Shown: one piece after another, positions 1-11,006 of the stretch | How the letters are laid out: each line of letters starts with the position of its first letter | Numbering within the stretch: the stretch's first letter is position 1 | Source: Squalus acanthias | Taxonomy: Eukaryota | Assembly: GCA_030390025.1 (NCBI GenBank) | Contig: CM059432.1 | Location: forward strand, 30,940,001 to 31,004,000 | DNA length: 64,000 bases | Reading direction: 5' to 3' | Made by a program: the position numbers and the translations under genes | Notes under the pieces: generated by a model | What the model was told of the DNA's origin: nothing | Database searches by the model: none | Seen by the model: the letters and a program-made list of their open reading frames with translations, nothing else

Positions 1-474
1 TATCATCCTTGTAAATCTTCTCTGTAACCTCTCCAATGCCTCTATATGCTTTTTATAATATGGCGACCAGAATTGTATGCAGTACTCTACGTGTGGTCTA
101 ACCAAGGTTCAATACAGGTTTAGCATACCTTCCCTGCTTTTCAATTCTATACCTCTAGAACTAAACCCTAGTGCTTGGTTTGCTTTTTTTATGGCCTTGC
201 TAATCTGTGTCACAACATTTAGTGATTTGTGTAATTGTACTCTGAGATCCCTTTGTTCCTCTACCCCACCTAGACTCGCACCCTCCAAGTAATAAGTGAC
301 CTCCGTAATCTTCCTACTAAAATGTAATACCTCACATTTATCTGTGTTGAAATTCATTTGCCAATTATATGCCCATTCTGCTAGTTTATTAATGTCCTCC
401 TGTAACTTGTTGCAGTCCTCCTCAGTATTGACTATCCCTCCCAATTTGGTGTCATCCGCAAATTTAGAAATTGT

Positions 475-1218
475 GGGCCGAAAATTGATCCCGGGACGCG
501 AGAGTACGCACTGCATACTCTCGCGTATTCCCACTCCAATTGCCGGTTTTCTGCATGCCCTGCGCATGCGCTGAAAACCGGCAATTGCTCTTCCGAAAAG
601 GGGGCGGGGCCGGAGTGCATCGCGTGCGCGCTACAGGCTGCGCGCACGCTGTGCACTTCATGCTTTGGACACGCAGGTAAGTACTGAAGATTTTGGAAAT
701 GTAAAAAGGAGGAGTAAGACCCGCTTTTAAGAAGGTAAGTAGTGAATTAAGTATTTTTTTGAATTTTTTTTTACAGGTATATCTTTTTTATAGACTTTAA
801 AGACAGGTAAGTTTATTTTTATAACTTTTTAAAAGATTTTAAATTTTTTCAAAAATTTAATTTTTTATTTAAAATGGTTAATTTAATTAACTATACTTAT
901 TTTATTAATGTGATGGGTTTTTTTTTAAATTTAATTGAGGTTTAGCTGTTATTTTGGGGGGGTGTAAGATTCATAAGTCTCTCAGCCATGCTGTGAGACT
1001 TATGAATGGAAGATGGTGTGCTGCCATTGGCTCTAACTGAGTCACGTGATCCCACAGCTCGCACGAATTAACTACGCCGCTGGGATACGCAAGCCCAGCA
1101 CAGCTGATGTCTGGAACATCAATTTCGTGCGAGCTGGATCAGAAAAAGCATAAGCGAGGTGAGACATCGCGGGAAAGGCTTACCCCCGCGGGAACAGAGC
1201 GAGATCAATTTCTGGGCC
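475..1218. mobile_element. PIF/Harbinger-type MITE, family B
   Basis: TIRs GGGCCGAAAATTGATCCC / rc GGCCCAGAAATTGATCTC; TSD TGT (472-474, 1219-1221). Removing it restores the CR1 reading ...GIKNTISKFADD. Confidence 0.88.
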
Positions 1219-1426
1219 TGTGTTTTTGATTCCTAAGCCTAAATCGTTAATGTAAATTGTGAGCAGCAATGGTCCCAGCACTGATCCTTGTGGAACACCA
1301 CTACCCACTTTCTGCCACTGTTAATAGTGACCCTTTACTCCTACTCTCTGCTTTCTATCCTGAAGCCAGCCAGTAATCCATTCTGCTACTTGTCCCTGAC
1401 TCCGCATTCTCTGACCTTGTTCATCA

Positions 1427-2013
1427 GGCCCAACCATCTTCAGATGCTTCAACAATGATCTTCCCTCCAACATAAGGTCCGAAATGGGAATGTTCGCAGA
1501 TGACTGCACAGTGTTCAGTGCCATTCGCAACTCCTCAGATATGAAGCAGTCCATGCCCGCATGCAACAAGACCTGGATGACATTCAGGCTTGGGCTGAAA
1601 AGTGTCAGGTAACATTCGTGCCACAGAAGTGCCAGGCAATGACTATCTCTAACAAGCGAGAGTCTAACCACCGCCCCTTGACATTCAACGGCATTACCAT
1701 CGCCAAATCCCCCACCATCAACATCCTGGGGGTCACCATTGACCAGAAACTTAACTGGACCAGCCACATAAATACTGTGGCAACAAGAGCAGGTCAGAGG
1801 CTACGTATTCTGCAGTGAGTGTCTCACCTCCTGACTCCCCAAAGCCTTTCCACCATCTACAAGGCACAAGTAAGGAGTGTGATGGAATACTTTCCACTTG
1901 CCTGGATGAGTGCAGCTCCAACAACACTCAAGAAGCTTGACACCATCCAAGACAAAGCAGCCCGCTTGATTGGCACCCCATCTACCACCTTAAACATTCA
2001 CGCCCTCCAACAC
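1427..2013 (+). mobile_element. RT fragment of a second CR1/Jockey-group LINE family (same family as 52150-53860)
   Basis: PTIF..F.NDLP..IRSEMGMFADDCTVF...QQDLDDIQAWAEK...ILGVTIDQKLNWTSHI, closely matching the 52319 ORF. Confidence 0.85.
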
Positions 2014-4062
2014 TGGTTACTAATAGTTCTATTTTCTCCTTTCGTAGGGATTCCATTATTTTTCCAGCACCGATGTTAAGCTGACTGCTCTATAATTCCC
2101 TGGGCATGTTTTATCCTATGTTCTATTCTTAAATATCGGTATTATGTTAGCTATCTGCCAGTCCTCCTTTTTTTTAATGAATTATTAAATATGCGTAGCA
2201 GTGTTTCTGCTATCTCTTCCCTAGATTCTTTTAAAATGTGTGGATGCTGGAGTTTTATCCTCTTTGAGTTTGATTAATTTATTGAATATATCCCCTTTTT
2301 TATTTTAAATGCACGTTTCTCATTACTAATCTCATCATCCAATGTCAAGTCCACCTGTTGTATCTCCCTGGTAAATACTGAAGCAAAATAATCATTTAAT
2401 ATTTCTGCCATCTCTCTATCGCTGCCTGTGGTATTATCCTGTCCATCGGTTAGTAGCCCTATTCCCATCCCAACCTTCCTTTTTTTATTGATGTGCTTGT
2501 GAAATATTTTACTATTTTGTTTTATGTTCCTTGATAATTACATTTCATAGTTCCTCTTTGCCTTCCTAATTTTTGACTTCTCTCCTAATCTCTTCATATT
2601 CTCCCTTATCATACTCTCCCCTGCTGTCCATGTACTTAATGTATGTGTCTTTCCTTACCCTTAATTTTTCCCATGTGGCTTTATTCATCCATGTTGTCCC
2701 ATTAGTGTTTAGTTTTTTTTAGTGGAATATATTTTTCCTGGACTCTGTTGAACACCATTTTAAATGTTTCCCATTGCTGTTCTACGTCATTGTTTGCCAA
2801 TATTGGTGTCCATTTTATTTTCACAAGTTCTATTCTCAGCCCCTCAAAATCAGCTTTTCTCCAATCTCTTACCCTGGTCTTTGTCATACTTATGACCTTC
2901 TAAATTATTATCTTAAAGCATATTATATTATGGTCACTATTGCCTGGATGTTCCTCTAATTTTACCTTTCTTATCTACTCTGGTTCATTCCCCATCACCA
3001 TATCCAACAGTGAATCCTCCCTTGTTGGGCTTTTTACATATTGGGTTAGAAAGGAGTCCTGTACACATTGTAGGAACTCCATTCCCTTATCCCCTTTACC
3101 TAGCTCTTCTGTCCAATTAATATCGGGGTAGTTGAAATCTCCCATGATTATTATTCTATGATTTTTATTCATTTCCCTAATTTGTTTGCCATATTTCTTC
3201 CTCCACCTCCCTTCCACTATTAGATGGTCTGTAGACTACCCCTATTAGTGTGATTGATCCACATGGATTCTATTTCTGTCTTGCTGATAACTGCGTCACT
3301 TTTTTCTACTCCCATTATGTTATCCCTAATAAGTACAGCAACTCCACCTCCCCTTTTTCCCTCTCTATCTTTTCTAAATATGTTATACCCTGCAATGTTT
3401 AATTCCCAGTCCTGATTTTTCTGTAGGCATATCTCAGTAATCCCAACTATGTCTTATTCCTCACAATGCATGATTCCTCCAGCTCTCCTGTTTTGATACG
3501 GACACTGTGTGCATTGCTGTACAGACAGTTTAACTTATTTTTAATAGCAGTTCCTTTCACTTTATTTTTAACCATTTTTTTACTCTCTTGTTCTATTACC
3601 CTATTTATTCCTTGGCCATCATTGTCCTCCTCTTTCCTATGCTTTCTTTTCCTGTTTTGATTATCTTTAGGCTGGTTTCATTTCTTGTAGATACCTCCCC
3701 CCATCATACTAGTTTAAAGCATTTGCCAGCTCCCTGTTTAGCCTTTCCACTAGGACATGGGTCTGATCCCAGTTCAGGTGTTGAGCAGTACTGTACAAAT
3801 CCAAGTTGCCATTGCTCTGATATTTCAAGCACCTCAAACTCCAGACTTCGTTATGAATTCCCTTAATAAGGAAGGAGAGGCACCATGTAATGAAACACAC
3901 AGGCAGTAAGTCTGTAGTATCAACAGTGGAGTGTTCATTTACTTCTCTGCAGTTCTGGAAGTCCCACACTCAATTGCCGTTTGAGTTGAATTATCCCAAT
4001 TATTCCATTGGCTCAGTTTTGCTAGCTGTCGGTTTGGCAAAGTATGAAACCAGTAAGCGGAG

Positions 4063-4210
4063 CATAAGAACATAAGAACATAAGAAATAAGAGCAGGAGT
4101 AGGCCATTTGGCCCCTCGAGCCTGCTCCGCCATTTAATGAGATCATGGCTGATCTGATCTTGGGCTCAACTCCATTTCCCTGCCCGCTCCATATAACCCA
4201 TCACTCCCTT
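4063..4210 (-). mobile_element. CR1 3' terminal fragment
   Basis: (CATAAGAA)n tail followed by the GAGCAGGAGTAGGCCATT..CCCCTCGAGCCTGCTCCGCC 3'UTR stem-loop. Confidence 0.85.
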
Positions 4211-4216
4211 ATTGCC

Positions 4217-5851
4217 CACTTTCTGGCCGCGATTTCGCCGACCGAGGCGGGTCCGGGGTGGCCGGTGTCAGTGTCACGGTCCCAGCCCGCTGCCTCCTGC
4301 AGCCCGCACTCTCCAAGTGATTTTACGTTGATTGGGCTTGTTAAGCCTGCCCTGCGAGGTTCCCGGCCAATTCAACGGAAGCGGGTCTAATGACGTCATT
4401 TTGTGACGCGTCCTCAGCCGGCTTCCTTAAAGGGGCCATGTCCAAATTGATTTTGACAGTTGTGCTGTCAGTGTTCCACAGCATTGAGGTGCTGCAAACA
4501 CTGACAAGCACTGCACAAAGGTGCACGGCTGCACCCAGGCTCTCCCATGACTCCCTCCATATGCTTATGGAGGGAGTCACAGCATGCAGGGAGGTCCTCT
4601 TCCTTTCCCATGGGTGGAAGAGACCTCCCAGGAGATCAACGCTGCCTGGTTGCACATTGCACAGGAGGGCACAAGCAGGTATGTCATCAGGAGGACCAGG
4701 CTGCAGTGGCACAAGTCTTTCAATGATTCCAATAGATCACAAAACGTTACTGCCAAGCCACACTCAACCTCATCCTGCTGTGCCACTCATCACATCCATA
4801 TCACTCTGCCTTCCCTACCCTACTCCTGCACATCTTTACTCACACCAGCTTACCTTGCACCTCCCCCCATCCCTCTCTATCTACATTATCACTTCCCCAT
4901 TTCATTAGCCACCCCTCACACTCACCCTCATCCTACAGCAAGCATACCAACTAACAACACACAAGGGTAGGCACTTGGGTGGTTTAGCCAATGTTCATGT
5001 GAAGTTTCTGGTAATGTGCTGTTAAACATTGAAACCTTTATTTTCAGCTCTTTGCGTTCTTGGAAAGATTTGTGTGCACCTTAGGAAGTGGCTTCATTTG
5101 GCATCCAGAGTGTACAACGTCAAGTGAAGTAAATCCGGCCATCCCTGGCGTCCCGGGCAGCAATATGGTCGGGTGTTGATGCCCTGTATCCTGTGCAGCA
5201 TCAGTTGATTGCAGAGAAGGCTGGTGTTGTTGTTGTTGCTGCTAGTGTGCCCGGTGATGCTGGTGTTGAGGCTGATCTTGGTGGGATTCTGAGGACCAAG
5301 ATGAAATATTTTCAAGGGCACCGATGCTGATGGAATAGATGGCAGGTGAGGTTGAGATGACAGAAGTGATCTGTCAATGGTGAGAGAGGTTGTTCCAATG
5401 AGGTGGCACTGGATAGAGAGTTGGCTCCAACCACTTGCAAGCTGCAGAAAGCTCAATATGTCTTCCAAATGCAGTAACCAACAGTTTCTGAGCTTTGAAA
5501 GTGAACAGCTGTAACATGGGATCTTTTATACAACTTTGGCAGCTGTCAGGTCATGAGATAATTGAATGATGAATCCACTCATGACATGCTGAGCTGAGCA
5601 GTGGGTACCCCGTGGGGGAGCACGTAAAATTGAAATGTAGGCTTAAAATAACTGTTAATTGGATGTTAACAGCCCATTTAATGATGTGAATTGCCTCCCC
5701 CGCCACTTGGTGTTGCGTCTGTTCAGCGCCGACAGACCCGACACCTGGGAGACTCGCGTGATGTTGGGTTGACAGCGGGTTCCCTACCCACTGTCAATCT
5801 TTGCTATTTTGACTGCGAACCCGCTCTCTGAGCGCCGGCAAAATTCAGCCC
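4217..5851. mobile_element. Harbinger deletion derivative with Myb/SANT remnant (+) and transposase C-terminal remnant (-)
   Basis: About 4524-4730 (+), across a frameshift: APRLSHDSLHMLMEGV..REVLF / AAWLHIAQE.TSRYVIRRT..QWHKSFND. Right TIR AAAATTCAGCCC ends at 5851; left TIR not seen. Confidence 0.75.
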
Positions 5852-7543
5852 TCTTTTTCTGGGGGGGGATGGAATTGGTAAAGGAGCCCATGTTGTCATG
5901 CAAACTGCTGGGTAAAAATCAACATTACCAATGTTTAGGAACACAACTCACTAATGCCAAATTTCTCTCTCCAGTATTTGAGCAGAGGCATTAACCAGTT
6001 TATTTAACACATCTGCTACAATCGCAGAGACAGAAATTTGACATGTCGACTGTCGACGGTAATTTCTGCTTCCTAGCAGCTCTACAACCCAAACTGTCCA
6101 ACTCTACCAAAAGAGGGGGAATCTCCAACAGGAAGGCAGGAAAGAGGAGGGTGGCACAGAAAAAGGAAAACATAAATATGGCTGTTTTTTGCGACATGTT
6201 ACTTCAGGCACAGACCAGCACTTATGACATTGCAAGTTGGCAGATTGCTGGCCTACAGCCTGTGATGTTTCTTTTCATCCATTAACTCCAAAGCACTGAA
6301 AATTATAGGCTGCATGCCAGCAATGGAGTCCTTTACCAATTCCATCCCGCAGGGGCAACAAATTACAGTATTAGCCTTATAACTATGTCATCTCTCATGA
6401 TGTTGTTCCCGCATTGACTGGGATTTGAAGCACACTTGTGATGTTTAGCTACTAACCTGTTGTTGACCTTTAAGGCCACTACTTAATTACTTTCTGTGGT
6501 GAAGTGGTCTGAATAGGGAGGCACCAGACTTGTTCGAGTCATATCATACAGCTCAGAAGAAGGCCATTCGGCCAATCGTGCCTGTGCTGATTCTTTGAAA
6601 GAGCGATGTAATTAGTCCCACTCCATTGCTCTTTCCCCATAGCCCTGCAATCTTTTCCCTTTAGAGGCCTTACACTAACCATCCGTAAGACAAAGGCCCT
6701 CTACCAACCTGCCCCCGCCACAAAGTACTGCTCCCCGATTATCAAAATCCATGACGAGGCCTTGGACAACGTGGACCACTTTCCATACCTCGGGAGCCTA
6801 CTGTCAACAAGGGCAGACGTCGATGACGAAGTCCAACACCGCCTTCAGTGTGCCAGTCCAGCCTTCCCTCACCTGAGGAAGAGAGTGTTTGAAGGCCAGG
6901 ACCTCAAACCCAGCACCAAGCTCATGGTCTACAGAGCAGCAGTGATACCCACCCTCCTGTATGCCTCAGAGACAAGGACCATGTACAGCAGGCACCTCAA
7001 AGCACTGGAGAGGTACCACCAACGCTGCCTCCGCAAGATCCTGCAAATCCATTGGCAGGATAGACGCACCAACGTCAGTGTTCTCGCTCAGGCCAACATC
7101 TCCAGCATCAAAGCTTTGACTACGCTCGATCAGCTCCGATAGATGTGCCAGATCATCCGCATGCCTGATACGAGACTCCTGAAATAAGCGCTCTACTCGG
7201 AGTTCCGACACAGCAAGAGAGCCCCAGGTGGGCAGAGGAAACGCTTCAATGACACCCTCAAAGCCTCCTTGAAAAAGTGCAACATCACCACAGGCACCTG
7301 GGAATCCCTGGCCCAAGACCGCACAAAGTGGAGGAGAAGCATCCGGGAAGGCGCCGAACACCTCGAGTCTCTTCGCCGGGAGCAAGCGGAAGCCAAGCGC
7401 AAACAGCGGAAGGAGCGCACGCCAACCCAAGCACCCCACCCACCCGCCCCTTCAACCACCGTCTGCCCCACCTGTGACAGAAACTGTCGGTCCCGCATTG
7501 GACTCATCTGTCACCTGAGAACTCATTTTTAGTGTGGAAGCAA

Positions 7544-9715
7544 TGTGAAGGAATAAGCCATATTCAGAAAAATACACCATCCTATGAAATAATTCTGGCC
7601 TTTGTAACATGACAAACTGGGCTTGAAAATCAAAAAAACCTAACAATGGAAAAGCTGTAAACAGCGTTCAGGCTATTGAGATAAGATAAGTTGTTGACAC
7701 TGAATCAATAACCTTATTGAAACAGAAGGTTAAAGGTTCCTGAAGTCTGAAGCCTTGGAAAGAACACAATGGTACACCCTGTTAAGGTGTCTTAAACCAA
7801 CACTTCGGAAACAAACACCGAAAATTAAGAAACATATGCCTTCATGGGAATGGCATCAAGTGGGGGAGGCACCAGCCATCACATTGTTTTTGTGTTGAAC
7901 TTGGAACATCTAGGAGACACGAGTCTGTGTTACAACCAGCTGAGGTGACTTAAGAATTGCATAGAAGACCTTGGTAAGAATGACATCAAATAGATGCACC
8001 TGCTGGTCACACCATTTTTTATGATAAGCTTCAAACACCTAAAGGAGAGACACAAGTCTGCAATGCTACCAGCTGAACTGACTGTAAGAATAGTAGGGGG
8101 TCAACAGAAAAATGACTAGAGATAATTAGCTTACATCAGCAGAAAACATCAAAGGAAATACCACTGAAAAAAGGAATAAAAATTGGACTTTCAAATGGGA
8201 TGATAGTCTCGCTGTAAAGGGGCAAAGCGATTCACGGCTTCAGAGGCAAGCTCTGTAAGTCTACAACGTTTTGTACCTCGGGGATCAAAGGTATCAAAGG
8301 TATTTGATTTTGGTGGATATCCTGGAATAAAGACTTAGGGGGAAAAATTCAGTTGGTTGCGCCTCCCGTTAGTGCCTTAAGAGGGCGCTAATGGGGCGCA
8401 AATCATCTAGCGCCCGGGCACGGTCATGTTTGTGCCGCTCGCGAAATTAACTAGACATTTTGCGGCAGCGCTAAACACTACTGCCACGATCTCCTGCGCC
8501 GGCAGATCGTGACGTCAGTCGAGTGCGCAACGCCCCAGTATCGCCCCGGAGCAGATATTGAGTGGCGCCCCCTGCCTTACCGCCTGCCGCTAGCAACGAC
8601 AGGTTGAGGGGAGCGTTTTGCAGTCAGGAAGGGACTGGGGGAGCGCTATTTAAAGGCGACCGCTTCCTGCCTTTTATTGTTGGTGACATTTTTGAACCAC
8701 GCTTTCTGAGAGAGAGAGAGAGACTTCTGGAGAGATTCAACGCTGTGTGAGGGAGTTTTGGGTACTGAGCAGCACTTTGCAGGTTCATTTTGATTTGCCC
8801 TTCCTTGTATCGATTTAGAAGAGACTGTGGGGGCTTCACTCTGAGCTCTTTCCCTGGTACTCTCCATTGTTCTTTCCAGCAGAATTGATGTACAGCTCTT
8901 TCCAGGCCAAGATTCAAGGCTGCAATGAGCAGGATGTGGATGGAAAGCAAGATCAACCCTCCCCTTTAAGAACTGGCCCGCGCCATTGTGTGTGTGTTCC
9001 ATTGCTGACTGACATCACATGAGCTTCACCAGCGCTCTGAGGTAGCGCCTCGCTCCTCGGCCTTTGCGCCTTAAGACAGGTGTGAAGCGCCTGATTTAGC
9101 ACTCCAATCACCTCCAGGGGCGATAAAAGTCAAGTTTGCAGTCGGTGGCGATAATTAGCGCCAGGCGCTAATCTTTGCGCCCGGCCGATAATTGCGCCCC
9201 AAATGGGGCGATACTGAATTTCTCCCCCTTAGAACTGTAAAAATGTAACGAAGTTAAGATTTGAGAATAAGGATCTCTGATAATAGAATTGTAAGATTTC
9301 TGTTTTTGGAACTGTTAATGTTGCGATTGAAACACCAACTGTAAATTACATGTCGGTTCTTTAATAAATCTATATATTTTTAGAATTGTCTCACATAATA
9401 CTTCTGTATCAAACTCGCAAACTCAATCTCTGTACACTCTTTGGTGAAGAGTTGCAGAATTCAGAAGGAGTTTTCCAGACCCTCATAATATCCGGAACGT
9501 TACAGTCCAGCTAAACTTATTAAAAGTGCTATCTGGAGGACGGTAACATCTTCAGGTTGTTCCTTTCCTTTAGGGAGAGATAGTCTGGACCTTTAGACCC
9601 AATTAAGGGTCTTTAGGATTCGGCGACCTCAAACTTCAGTTGAAAGTGAACGTCTGGGGAATACGCCTAATCCGGGGTAGCCCTAAAGGGGCTAGGACTA
9701 GTAATTATCCCTTCA
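7544..9715 (+). mobile_element. Solo LTR (~1.28 kb without the nested MITE), ERV-like
   Basis: Begins TGTGAAGGAATAA and ends TTATCCCTTCA (10/11 inverted match); 4-bp TSD GCAA/GTAA; AATAAA at 9363; cleanly interrupts the RTE 3'UTR. Confidence 0.72.
8338..9228. mobile_element. PIF/Harbinger MITE, family A
   Basis: TIR GGGGGA(A/G)AAATTCAGT; TSD TTA; highly similar to 37025-37909 and 37937-38821. Confidence 0.93.
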
Positions 9716-10371
9716 GTAAGTCATTCTCGGTTCCGAGGGACTGCCTAAGAAGAAGAGAAGAAATATCCAATTCCCTTTTGAAAATTACTATTGAATCTGC
9801 TTCCTCCACCCTTTCAGCCAGTACATTCCAGATCAAAAGTTTATCCTCATCTCCCCTTGTTGCATTCAAAAAAAGAGAAAGTAAATAATATTATTAATGT
9901 AATACCACATGAATAAGTGCCAGCAAGGAGCCTTACCTGTTGACTGCGACTATCGGGAAAACTCAGGAAGGCCATGATACATGCTCGGAAGATTGAATCC
10001 ACGCCAAACCCATGCTGAGGTACCATTCCAGACTCACCAGCAGCCCAGAAAGCTATTCCTAACAAGTGAGCTTAGGCGGTGAGTGTTGGCAACCCATTTG
10101 ATTGTCAGCACTGTCACAGCCGACCACAATCCCATATTCATCCAACTTCCATACATTTGAGCTTTCAGCAGGTATCAATGGCTAAAAAAGGGCTTTCTTG
10201 TATAGAGTACCTTTTCCCATCTATAAAATATTTCAAAGTGCTTCAGCAACAATAACAACATGTATTTATATAGTGCCTTTAACGTAGTAAAATGTCCCAA
10301 GGCACTTCACAGGAGCGTTATCAAACAAAATTTGACACCAAACCACATCAGGAGATATTAGGGCAGATGAC

Positions 10372-11006
10372 TGTTAAGCAAGCTCCTTTCTCCTCTGGTT
10401 CACAAGAACACATTTCGAGTAAGCATGAGACTTCGTAGTGGAGTATATGGAACAAACTTTATTGATACGCAGTAAAAGTGATCAGTCTTAACTGCATACA
10501 GAGAGTGGCTATTCGGTTTCTGTATCTTTCGAGTACACTCTGACAAACTGTTGAAAACCATGCTCCTTTATAGGCCATATTTTAACTACATCAAAGGAAA
10601 ATGTCAAAATGACATATCTATTTCCCAAATCCTCTGAAAACAGATTATCTATGAAAACAGTTTGCAATTGTTTACCTCAGAATCATTTCCCCTACACGAG
10701 ACTTCCTTTACCTACTGTTATCTTTAGCAAATGGACTCGCTACCCCTGTTTTATTACCCTAAAACGAAACCATTCATGGATGATGTCATTACGGACACCT
10801 ATTCCCTTACACAAGCACTTTAGATTGCAGAAAACAAGCAATGCTTTCTCCTCACGATGCTTCAAAGTCATCCTCTTTATATCTGAAAGCCTGACAATTA
10901 ATTCCTTTTACGACATTCAATGTCATCCTGTCTAACAAAGAAGTTCGACTGTTAAACTTTTAACTCCCCAAGATGTCCAACATACATATCTCTAGGATGT
11001 CTAACA
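10372..11006 (-). mobile_element. Solo LTR, 635 bp
   Basis: TGTTA...TAACA ends; perfect 5-bp TSD ATGAC (10367-10371, 11007-11011); on the minus strand TATAAA (~10570) precedes AATAAA (~10460). Confidence 0.85.

Larger units (their letters stand above)
1..3790 (-). mobile_element. Degenerate CR1 LINE (ORF2 endonuclease + RT), interrupted at 475-1218 and ~1427-2013; runs off the window start
   Basis: Minus-strand fragments [12 protein letters not shown]...KCEVLHF, IIMGDFNYPDINW...LTQYVKSPTREDSLLD and DWRKADFEGLR; many frameshifts. Confidence 0.9.
6666..9752 (+). mobile_element. 5'-truncated RTE LINE, 3'UTR split by a solo LTR
   Basis: VDHFPYLGSLLS...LLYASET...GGQRKRF.D.LK...CPTCDRNCRSRIGLICHLRTH. 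The 3'UTR resumes at 9720 (GTCATTCTCGGTTCCGAGGGACTGCCT + AAG tail), as in the 25021 copy. Confidence 0.92.
6540..9835 (-). mobile_element. CR1 3' fragment split by an RTE insertion (pieces ~6540-6662 and ~9753-9835)
   Basis: Both pieces are reverse-complement homologues of the CR1 3' end at ~59260-59480 and are collinear. Confidence 0.7.

Noticed and set aside
4063..4090. Short direct repeats (CATAAGAA)n recurring through the window, superficially array-like
   Set aside because: CR1 3' octamer tails; no spacers, eukaryotic context, not CRISPR.
8562..9002. Recurrent ORFs (MEHTHNG..., MILLSIH..., MAPPALPP...) also at 37251-37685 and 38161-38615, resembling a small gene family
   Set aside because: They lie inside TIR/TSD-bounded MITE copies; recurrence reflects copy identity and all frames are equally conserved.
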